NCBI GenBank assembly: GCA_903822015.1
Contig: CAIJNQ010000280.1
Span: 1-51,561, forward strand
Length of the DNA stretch: 51,561 bases
Origin: an uncultured Verrucomicrobia subdivision 3 bacterium
Lineage (GTDB): Bacteria; Verrucomicrobiota; Verrucomicrobiia; Limisphaerales; UBA11358
Direction of reading: 5' to 3'
Each line of letters opens with the position of its first letter. The first letter of the stretch is position 1. The position numbers and the translations under genes are program-made. Below, piece by piece: positions 25,533 to 33,320 of this stretch. The notes below the pieces were generated by a model, which was not told the origin of the DNA, did not search any database, and worked only from the letters and a program-made list of their open reading frames with translations.

Positions 25533-26120
25533 TCAGCGTGGATTAGCGGTTGCCGTCTCCAAAAACCGCATCACGGTGTCCCCGTGCTTTAGGACTTTCA
25601 CTTCCGCCCACGGCGCCATGATTTCCAAGGTGTCCCGCTTCGTGTGCCCGAGGACCAATCTGCCCCTGGAGGCGATCAGCTTCGGCAGATTGGGATCGTC
25701 CAGCAATTGCTGCGCGAAGGAAGTCGAGCGGCGATTGACGTTCTTTTCCCCGTACGGCGGGTCGGCCAGGATCAGATCAGACTGCCGGCCGCTCTCCGCC
25801 AGCTGGCCCATCACTGGGAATACATCCTGCGTTCGCACCTCCAGGATCTCTCCAAATCCCGCCGCGGCCGCGTTGCTGCGGATGAATTCGGCGTGCCGTT
25901 GGGATTTTTCGATGCACATCACCGCCGCCGCACCCCGGCTCAGGCATTCCAGGCTCAATGCGCCGGAACCGGCGAACAGCTCCAGCACCCGTGCATCGAC
26001 GACCCGCGCCCCGAGTGAGTTGAACACCGCCTGCTTGACCAGATCCGGCGTCGGGCGGACGTCCAGTCCTTTGGGGACCTTCAAAATCCGCCGTGCTGCC
26101 TGGCCGCCGGTGATGCGCAT
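25533..26120 (-). CDS. rsmD: 16S rRNA (guanine966-N2)-methyltransferase RsmD
   Basis: MRITGG...RPTPDLVKQAVFNSLG, LFAGSGALSLECLSRGA and ADPPY motifs. Confidence 0.9.
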   Translation of the reverse strand: MRITGGQAARRILKVPKGLDVRPTPDLVKQAVFNSLGARVVDARVLELFAGSGALSLECLSRGAAAVMCIEKSQRHAEFIRSNAAAAGFGEILEVRTQDVFPVMGQLAESGRQSDLILADPPYGEKNVNRRSTSFAQQLLDDPNLPKLIASRGRLVLGHTKRDTLEIMAPWAEVKVLKHGDTVMRFLETATANPR

Positions 26121-26169
26121 GGGAAAAATTTAACTTCGCAACCGGTTGAGCCGGCGCCGTAAAATAATT

Positions 26170-26196
26170 TTCGTGTGCTTCGTGTGTTTCGTGGCG
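26170..26196. repeat. Nonamer array (TTCGTGKNN)x3
   Basis: ttcgtgtgc ttcgtgtgt ttcgtggcg, lying between the rsmD start and the hydrolase stop. Confidence 0.85.
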
Positions 26197-26203
26197 GGAT
26201 TCT

Positions 26204-26977
26204 CTACTTGAAAATTTCCGCGAAGAAATCCTTCATCGCCTGCCACGAGCGGTGGTCGGCCTTTTCATTGTACTTTGCGCCCGGATTGCTGAAGCCGGGA
26301 TTGGGCTGCGTGAAGCTGTGAACCGCGCCGCCGTAAAAAACGATTTGCCAGTCCACTTTGTTGTCGCGCATTTCGCTTTCAAACGCGGTCAGATCCTCCT
26401 GTTTTTGGAACGGATCATCCGCGCCGGCGAGCACGAGCACCTTGCCTGTGATGTTCTTTCCGTCGGCCGGCGTCGGCGAATCCAGCCCGCCGTGGAAACT
26501 GACGACGCCGTTCACGTCCGCGCCGCTGCGCGCCAGTTCCAGCACCGTCGTGCCGCCGAAACAATAGCCGATCGCCGCGATGCGCTTCGGATCCACCAAT
26601 TCATTCTTCTCCAGCACCTCCAGCGCGGCCCTGGCCCGCTCGCGGAGTAAGGTGCGGTCGTTCTTGTATTTGCCGGCCAGCGGGCCGGCTTCGCTCACGT
26701 CTTTGGGGCGGACGCCTTTGCCGTAGATGTCCGCGCAGAACGCCACATACCCGAGCTGCGCGAGCTGCTCCGCGCGGTGCTTTTCGTAGTCGGTCAAACC
26801 CAGCCATTGATGCACCACCAGCACGCCCGGGCGTTTGCCGACAACGGCGTCGTCATAGGCCAGATACCCTTCCAGGGTCGTGTCGCCTTGTTTGTATTCG
26901 ATCGTCTGGGTCACGATTTTTGCCTGGACGGTGACTGCGCACGCCAGGGCCAGGAAAACGGGGGTCAGCTTTTTCAT
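26204..26977 (-). CDS. Dienelactone hydrolase family protein (secreted)
   Basis: Signal peptide MKKLTPVFLALACAVTVQA, GYCFGG nucleophile elbow, HGGLD and GAVHSF. Start set at the Met preceding the signal peptide. Confidence 0.85.
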   Translation of the reverse strand: MKKLTPVFLALACAVTVQAKIVTQTIEYKQGDTTLEGYLAYDDAVVGKRPGVLVVHQWLGLTDYEKHRAEQLAQLGYVAFCADIYGKGVRPKDVSEAGPLAGKYKNDRTLLRERARAALEVLEKNELVDPKRIAAIGYCFGGTTVLELARSGADVNGVVSFHGGLDSPTPADGKNITGKVLVLAGADDPFQKQEDLTAFESEMRDNKVDWQIVFYGGAVHSFTQPNPGFSNPGAKYNEKADHRSWQAMKDFFAEIFK

Positions 26978-27086
26978 AACGGCCCATTCATAAACCGCCA
27001 ACCGTCCGATTGCCAGCCTTGTTTGACTCCCGGTGGCCGGATTTTTTTATCGGGGCTTTCCGGCCTGCCCCATTATAATTGCCCGC

Positions 27087-27591
27087 GTGGAACCGCTCGC
27101 CCCGCCCGATTCGCATCACCTCGACGCCGCCGTCGGCTGGCTCGGGCTGGGCTGCGCCGGTGATGCGCGCGGCGAGCTCGCGAAAATCTCCCCCTGGAAT
27201 CAGGCTCATTCCGATGTGCTCGCGGTCCGCTGGACGGTTTGCGCGCATGAAAAAAAATTGGCAGCATGCGCTGGCCGTCGCGGAGCAGGAATTGAACTCC
27301 GCGCCGGACGATTCCTCCGGCTGGTTGCACCGCGCCTACGCCTTGCGCCGCGTGGACGGCGGCAGCCTGGCCCTGGCCTGGGCGGCGTTGCTCCCCGCGG
27401 CGGAAAAATTTCCGGCCGAACCGGTCATCGCTTACAACCTCTCGTGCTATGCCTGCCAGCTGCAGCAGCTCGACCTCGCCCGCCGCTGGTTGCACCGGGC
27501 GGTGGCGGCCGGCCGGAAAGAGACCATCAAAAAAATGGCGCTCGCGGATGCTGATCTGCAGCCGCTCTGGCCGGAGATTGAAAACTTGTAG
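27087..27591 (+). CDS. Small TPR-like protein, reading frame interrupted in an A8 tract (frameshifted gene, possible pseudogene)
   Basis: The N-terminal half is in one frame (EPLAPPDSHHLDAAVGWLGLG...DVLAVRWTVCAHEKK). The C-terminal half is in the +1 frame (KKNWQHALAVAEQEL...YNLSCYACQLQQLDLARRWL...DADLQPLW). The two frames meet at AAAAAAAA (27250-27257). Confidence 0.7.
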
Positions 27592-27680
27592 CCGCCGACG
27601 TGGGCTGGTCCTGGCTCTTAGGGGGCTCAATGTTGCCTCGTTGCCTCGGTTGCCGGGCGGATTATTTCCATGTCGTTTTT

Positions 27681-27703
27681 CCCGTGTTTCGTGTATCTCG
27701 TGG
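27681..27703. repeat. Degenerate CGTGT/TTCGTG word array
   Basis: cccgtgt ttcgtgt atctcgtgg, upstream of the ABC ATPase gene. Confidence 0.6.
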
Positions 27704-27713
27704 TTGAAATAAA

Positions 27714-28523
27714 TTGAAACCCTCAAACCCAGTGTTGTCCGTGAACGACCTGCGCCTCGAGCGCAGTGGCACGGTGATTCTAAATGACGTGGACTGGTGT
27801 GTGGCGCCAAGTCAGCATTGGGTGATTCTCGGCGCGAACGGTTCGGGCAAAACTTCGCTGCTAAGCGCGCTCACGGGCTATCTGATGCCCACGGCGGGGG
27901 AGGTTTCCCTGCTCGGGGAGGTTTATGGCCAGTCCGACTGGCGCGCGTTGCGGCGGAAAATCGGCCTCGTCAGCTCGTCCGTCCGGCAGCTGATGGCGGA
28001 CGACGAGCCTGCTCTGGTGACCGTGGTGAGCGGTAAATATGCCATGATCGATTTCTGGGGGCGGGTGAAGCGCGCCGAAAAAATCCGGGCTTTGAAATGG
28101 TTGCGTCAGGTCGAATGCGGCCATCTGGCCGACCGTTCCTGGCGCGTGCTCTCCCAGGGCGAACGCCAGCGCGTGCTGGTGGCGCGGGCCCTCATGGCGG
28201 ATCCCCGTGTGCTGATCCTGGATGAGCCCTGCGCCGGGCTGGACCCCGCCGCCCGCGAACATTTCCTCCATTTCCTCCAGCGGCTCGGCGCCCGGAAATC
28301 GTCGCCGACCCTGGTGCTGGTCACGCATCATGTCGAGGAAATCATGCCCGTGTTTTCGCACGTGCTCATGTTGAAAGCCGGTCGCGTGCTCGCGGCCGGG
28401 AAAAAGCGGGCCGTGCTGAATTCCCCAAACCTCTCCACCGCGTTTGGCTCGCGGATGCGCTTATCGCGAACCGGAAATCGTTACGTCCTGACCGTCGCGG
28501 CAAAATCGGCCGCGCTCATGTGA
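27714..28523 (+). CDS. ABC transporter ATP-binding protein (orphan, no adjacent permease)
   Basis: Walker A GANGSGKTS, signature LSQGERQR, Walker B LILDEP and H-loop VTHH. TTG start as in the track, so the exact start is uncertain. Confidence 0.85.
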   Translation: MKPSNPVLSVNDLRLERSGTVILNDVDWCVAPSQHWVILGANGSGKTSLLSALTGYLMPTAGEVSLLGEVYGQSDWRALRRKIGLVSSSVRQLMADDEPALVTVVSGKYAMIDFWGRVKRAEKIRALKWLRQVECGHLADRSWRVLSQGERQRVLVARALMADPRVLILDEPCAGLDPAAREHFLHFLQRLGARKSSPTLVLVTHHVEEIMPVFSHVLMLKAGRVLAAGKKRAVLNSPNLSTAFGSRMRLSRTGNRYVLTVAAKSAALM

Positions 28524-28582
28524 AGAAAGTTCGACCAGTTGCCGTCCGGTTGGCACCATCACCGCGCTAACAACCCGAATTC

Positions 28583-29872
28583 ATGCGAGCCTCCATCCCG
28601 CGCCAACCCTGGTATCGCATCCTTTACGTTCAGGTTCTGCTCGCGGTCCTTGCCGGCATCCTCGTCGGCGTTTTTTTTCCGGAAACCGGCCGGTCCTTGA
28701 AGCCGCTCGGCGACGGCTTCATCAAGCTCGTCAAGATGCTCATTGCGCCGATCGTTTTCTGCACCGTCGTCCATGGCATCGCCTCCATGGCCGACCTCAA
28801 AAAACTCGGGCGCATCGGCGGGAAAACCATTCTCTATTTTGAAGTCGTCTCCACCCTGGCGCTGATCATCGGGCTCACCGTGGTGAACCTAATGAAACCC
28901 GGCGTGGGCTTGAACCTGGATCTGACGGCGCTGGACCCGAAGCTCAGCCAGGCCTATGCCCAGAAAGCCCACGCGTTAAGCGCGGTGGATTTTGTTCTCA
29001 ACCTCATTCCGGACACGCTTTTCGGTGCGTTTGTCTCCGGCGATCTGTTGCAGGTGCTGTTCGTCGCCGTCCTCGTGGCCTTTGCCATCTCCTTTCTGGG
29101 CGAGCGCGGCCGGCCGTTGCTGCATGGCATTGAATACGCTTTGCAAATTTTTTTCGGCATCATGCAAATCGTGGTGAAAGTCGCGCCCGTCGGCGCGTTC
29201 GGCGCGATGGCCTTCACGATTGGCAGCTACGGTGTGGGGGCTTTGAACCATCTCCTCGCCCTGATGGCGGGGTTTTATCTTACGGCGGGATTGTTTGTCT
29301 TCGTGGTGCTGGGGCTCATCGCCCGGGCGTGCGGGTTTTCCATCTTCCGGTTTCTGAATCACATCAAGGAGGAACTCCTGCTCGTGCTGGGCACCAGTTC
29401 GTCGGAGACGGCGCTGCCGGGCATGATTTTGAAAATGCGCCAGCTCGGTTGCAGCGGTTCCACCGTCGGCTTGGTGATTCCCACCGGTTACAGTTTCAAC
29501 CTCGACGGCACGAACATTTACATGGCCATGGCCGCCGTGTTTCTCGCCCAAGCCACCAACACGCCGCTCGACTTGAGCCACCAGATCAGCCTGCTCCTGG
29601 TCGCCATGATCACCTCCAAGGGCGCCAGCGGTGTCACCGGCGCGGGCTTTGTCACCCTCGCGGCTACGCTCGTCGCCGTGCCCGGCGTGCCCATCGAATC
29701 CCTCGCGCTGCTCGTCGGCCTCGACCGGTTCATGAGCGAGTGCCGTGCCCTCACCAACCTGATCGGCAACGGCGTCGCCACCGTCGTCATCAGCCGCTGG
29801 GAAAACGAGGTCTCGAAAGCGGCGCTCAACGAGAATCTGAAAAATCCGCTCGTCCTGCCCGACCGGATTTAG
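28583..29872 (+). CDS. dctA: Dicarboxylate/amino acid:cation symporter (DctA-like C4-dicarboxylate transporter)
   Basis: 429 aa. [16 protein letters not shown]...[18 protein letters not shown]...SSSETALP...[10 protein letters not shown] are DAACS family hallmarks. Confidence 0.9.
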   Translation: MRASIPRQPWYRILYVQVLLAVLAGILVGVFFPETGRSLKPLGDGFIKLVKMLIAPIVFCTVVHGIASMADLKKLGRIGGKTILYFEVVSTLALIIGLTVVNLMKPGVGLNLDLTALDPKLSQAYAQKAHALSAVDFVLNLIPDTLFGAFVSGDLLQVLFVAVLVAFAISFLGERGRPLLHGIEYALQIFFGIMQIVVKVAPVGAFGAMAFTIGSYGVGALNHLLALMAGFYLTAGLFVFVVLGLIARACGFSIFRFLNHIKEELLLVLGTSSSETALPGMILKMRQLGCSGSTVGLVIPTGYSFNLDGTNIYMAMAAVFLAQATNTPLDLSHQISLLLVAMITSKGASGVTGAGFVTLAATLVAVPGVPIESLALLVGLDRFMSECRALTNLIGNGVATVVISRWENEVSKAALNENLKNPLVLPDRI

Positions 29873-29936
29873 CGCGCTGATTGACCCCTCCCGCCACCTG
29901 CCTTCCCCGTGCCGCCAGTTTCTTTCCGCCGGCGGA

Positions 29937-30614
29937 TCAGTAAGTTCCGCCGCCGGCCAGTCCTTGGACGATCGCGATGCCGCTGGACGTGCCGAGCCGG
30001 GTCGCGCCGGCTTTAATCATGGCGAGCGCGGTGAGCGCGTCGCGGATGCCGCCGGCGGCTTTCACCCCGAAGTTCGGGCCCACGGTTTCGCGCATGAGTT
30101 TCACGTCGGCGATGGTCGCGCCGTTGGTACTGAAACCGGTCGAGGTTTTCACAAAGTGCGCGCCACTGTCCGCGACCAGCTTGCAGGCGCGGATTTTTTC
30201 CTCGTCCGTCAGTAGGCAGGTTTCCAGAATCACTTTCACCGTGCGCTCGTCGGCCGCCTCGGCCACGTCCGCCAGTTCGCGGAAAACATATTTGTCGTCG
30301 CCCGCCTTGAGCCGGGCGATGTTCAGCACCACGTCAATCTCGTGCGCGCCGTCGTCGATGGCGACTTCGGTTTCATACCGTTTCGCGTCGCTGCTCATCG
30401 CGCCCAGCGGAAAGCCGACGACGCCGGCCACCTTCACCTTTGTGTCGTCCAGAAAATGGCGGGCGGCGGCCACCCAGGAGCCGTTGACGCAGACGGCATA
30501 GAATTGGTGCTCGCGCGCCTCGGCGCAAAGTGTCTCGATTTGCGCCGGCGACGCGTCGGGCTTGAGCAGCGTGTGGTCAATATAGGCGGCGAGTTGAGCG
30601 GGTGTGAGGTTCAT
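29937..30614 (-). CDS. deoC: Deoxyribose-phosphate aldolase
   Basis: IDHTLLKP, VCV, FPLG, VKTSTGF (Schiff-base Lys) and VKAAGGIR. Confidence 0.9.
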   Translation of the reverse strand: MNLTPAQLAAYIDHTLLKPDASPAQIETLCAEAREHQFYAVCVNGSWVAAARHFLDDTKVKVAGVVGFPLGAMSSDAKRYETEVAIDDGAHEIDVVLNIARLKAGDDKYVFRELADVAEAADERTVKVILETCLLTDEEKIRACKLVADSGAHFVKTSTGFSTNGATIADVKLMRETVGPNFGVKAAGGIRDALTALAMIKAGATRLGTSSGIAIVQGLAGGGTY

Positions 30615-30620
30615 GGGCGA

Positions 30621-32105
30621 TCAAACCTGCAATAACTTGATCTGCTCGTCCTCCCGCGCCGCCGCTTCCCCGAGCGTCTGCGTCAGCTTGCGCCGGCGTT
30701 CGATGATGTGCTTATCCAGCAGCGGATCGTAGGCCACGGGATAATGGCCGTCGTAGCACGCCATGCAGAACGCTTCCTTTTTCTGGCCGGTGGCCGCCAC
30801 CATCCCGGCCTGCGACAGGTAATGCAGCGAGTCGGCGTTCAGATATTTGCGGATCTCGTCCACCGTGTTGTTCGCCGCCATGAGCTTGCTGCGGTCCGGA
30901 AAATCAATCCCGTAAACGCACGGGTTCATGTGCGGCGGACAGCTCACCGCCACGTGCACCTCCTTCGCGCCCGCGTCCTTGAGCGTCTTCACGCGGGTCT
31001 TGCACGTCGTGCCGCGCACGATCGAATCGTCCACGATCACCACCCGCTTGTCCTTCACGAGCGACTCGATCAGGTTGAGCTTTACCCGGACGTTGAAATC
31101 GCGGATGAGCTGCGTGGGCTGGAGGAAGCTCCGGCCGACGTAATGGTTGCGGATGAACGCCATTTCGTAGGGTATCCCCGACTGCTCCGAATACCCCATC
31201 GCCGCGCAGACGCCGCTGTCCGGCACCGGGATGATCAGGTCCGCCTCGACGTTGTGTTCGCGGGCCAGCTGCCGGCCCATTTCCTTCCGGACTTCATACA
31301 CGCTGTGGCCGTTGATCACGCTGTCCGGCCGGGCAAAATAGACGTACTCAAAAATGCAGAACGCCCGCTTCCGCTGGTCGGGAAACGCCTGGATGCTCGT
31401 CAGCCCGGCGTCGTTGATGATGACGATCTCGCCGGGCTCCACGTCGCGCACGAATTTGGCGTGGATCAAATCAAACGCGGTGGTCTCGCTCGATAGCACC
31501 CACGCGCCGCTCGCCGTTTTGCCGATGGACAGCGGCCGGAAACCATGCGGGTCGCGGGCGCCGATCAGCTCCTTCTCGGTCATGATGACCAGCGAAAAGG
31601 CCCCTTCAATCCGGCGCAGGGTTTGCACCAGGGAGTTATTTATGCCGCCCATGGTCGGCTGCGCGAGCATCATGATGATGATCTCGCTGTCCACGGTGGT
31701 CTGGAAAACCAGGCCGCGGCTTTCCAGCTCGTCCCGCAGCACCGCCGCGTTAGTCAGGTTGCCGTTGTGCGCGACGGCAATCTGGCCGCGCGCGCAATCC
31801 ACCGTGAGCGGCTGGGCGTTGCGCAGTTGCGACGAGCCGGTCGTGGAATAGCGCGTGTGGCCGATGGCGCGGTCGCCCACCAGGTCGTGCAGGATTTTCG
31901 GGTCGTTGAAAATCTGCGGCACCAGTCCCATGCCATGGTGCTTGTAAAATTTCCCCTCGTGGCAGGTCACGATGCCGGCGCTTTCCTGCCCCCGGTGCTG
32001 CAGCGCGTACAGCCCGTAGTAGGCCAGTTCCGAGGCGTTTGGATGACCGAATACGCCGAAGACTCCGCAATAATGTTTGGGGTAGTTTTGTGGTTCGTTT
32101 TGCAT
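30621..32105 (-). CDS. purF: Amidophosphoribosyltransferase
   Basis: N-terminal ...HYCGVFGVFGH (Cys nucleophile), RGQESAGI, HTRYSTTG and the PRTase motif VVIVDDSIVRGTT. Confidence 0.95.
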   Translation of the reverse strand: MQNEPQNYPKHYCGVFGVFGHPNASELAYYGLYALQHRGQESAGIVTCHEGKFYKHHGMGLVPQIFNDPKILHDLVGDRAIGHTRYSTTGSSQLRNAQPLTVDCARGQIAVAHNGNLTNAAVLRDELESRGLVFQTTVDSEIIIMMLAQPTMGGINNSLVQTLRRIEGAFSLVIMTEKELIGARDPHGFRPLSIGKTASGAWVLSSETTAFDLIHAKFVRDVEPGEIVIINDAGLTSIQAFPDQRKRAFCIFEYVYFARPDSVINGHSVYEVRKEMGRQLAREHNVEADLIIPVPDSGVCAAMGYSEQSGIPYEMAFIRNHYVGRSFLQPTQLIRDFNVRVKLNLIESLVKDKRVVIVDDSIVRGTTCKTRVKTLKDAGAKEVHVAVSCPPHMNPCVYGIDFPDRSKLMAANNTVDEIRKYLNADSLHYLSQAGMVAATGQKKEAFCMACYDGHYPVAYDPLLDKHIIERRRKLTQTLGEAAAREDEQIKLLQV

Positions 32106-32210
32106 CGCGCGCGCCGCTGAAGTTGAGCAAAGATAAGCCCTTCGCGCAAGCCGGAACCGGTCGGGCCGGGGAAAACCGGCTTCCCGCTCCGCGTCTTTAC
32201 GCCTTGGCGG

Positions 32211-32624
32211 TTAAACCCGGCTTTCCGCCTTCACATGCGGCTGCAATTGTTCCACCAGTTCCGCCGGCAGCCGTTTCAGCTTTTCCCCCCGGCTGGTGCA
32301 GGCGTGAAACGTTTCCGCTTCCAGGATCAGTTTGCCGTCCTGGTTCACCATCCGGTGGCCGAAGTTCAGCCGCACGCCCTCGGCCAGCGTCGTCCAGACT
32401 TCAATCGTCAACACATCGTCGTACCGCGCCGGATATCGGTAGCGCAGCCGCGCCTCGATCACCGGAAAAATATAATCGGCGTCCTGCCACGCCAGCACCG
32501 GCCCGCCCAGCGCCCGCATGAATTCCCCGCGCGCCGCTTCCAGCAAATCAAGGTAGCGCGCGTGGTAAATATGGTCGCCGACGGTGCATTCGGCGTAGGT
32601 GACGCGGTGCGTGCATTGAAACAT
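32211..32624 (-). CDS. Acyl-CoA thioesterase, 4HBT/YbgC-like hotdog fold
   Basis: 137 aa. RVTYAECTVGDHIYHARYLDLLEAARGEF is typical of YbgC/4HBT thioesterases. Confidence 0.8.
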   Translation of the reverse strand: MFQCTHRVTYAECTVGDHIYHARYLDLLEAARGEFMRALGGPVLAWQDADYIFPVIEARLRYRYPARYDDVLTIEVWTTLAEGVRLNFGHRMVNQDGKLILEAETFHACTSRGEKLKRLPAELVEQLQPHVKAESRV

Positions 32625-32841
32625 GCCCGAAGTTTAGGCTCCGCCGTCCGGAGTTCAAAGTTTTTGTGTGCGCCGCCCGCTGGGGCGGACGGGGTGCCGG
32701 GTTGGCGGTTTTGTCGGGTAAGCGCTTGGGGCTTGGAGAAAAAACTCTGTTGCACGAACCGCGTTTGCGGTTATGTTGCCAGCGTGATCAGTGGCGAGTC
32801 GTTCGCTTGCCTCCTTAAACTATTTGGATAACCTTTTAACC

Positions 32842-33264
32842 ATGGCCGTAACTAAAGTCAGCTCTTCGGTCCATTTTGGCCCTCGCGGTTCCACGGTGAG
32901 TTCGCGCAATGGCGACGCCACCGGTCGTTGGGTGCCCAACACGGATGTTTACACCACCGATACCGGTCTCGTCATCAAGGTGGAATTGCCCGGCATGAAA
33001 AGCGAGAACCTCGAGATCACCGTCGAGGGCAGCCGCTTGCGCATCGCCGGCAACCGCCCCGATTGCTGCCGCGCTGCCAACTGCAGCTTTCTCGTGATGG
33101 AGATCAATTACGGCCCGTTCGAAACCGTGCTGGATCTGCCTCCGGGGTTTGATCTGGGCCAGGCTAAGGCGATCTACGTGAACGGATTTTTGCGGGTGGA
33201 CGTCCCGCCCGCCCGCCCCTCGCAAGCCAAGCCGACCAAAGTTCCGATTGCCGGGGGGAATTAA
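32842..33264 (+). CDS. Hsp20/alpha-crystallin family small heat-shock protein
   Basis: WVPNTDVYTTDTGLVIKVELPGMKSENLEITVEGSRLRIAG...GFLRVDVP is the alpha-crystallin domain. First ATG (MAVTKV) chosen. Confidence 0.9.
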   Translation: MAVTKVSSSVHFGPRGSTVSSRNGDATGRWVPNTDVYTTDTGLVIKVELPGMKSENLEITVEGSRLRIAGNRPDCCRAANCSFLVMEINYGPFETVLDLPPGFDLGQAKAIYVNGFLRVDVPPARPSQAKPTKVPIAGGN

Positions 33265-33320
33265 CGGCGCGTCATCCTTTTCGCCCGCGCCGCCTTTTAT
33301 TTATTGACCGCCTAACGACG

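Noticed and set aside
33264-33300. Possible terminator between hsp20 and lon (GGCGCG...CGCGCC followed by TTTTATTTATT)
   Set aside because: The stem is only 6 bp with a 14-nt loop. Too weak to call, and hsp20-lon may be co-transcribed.
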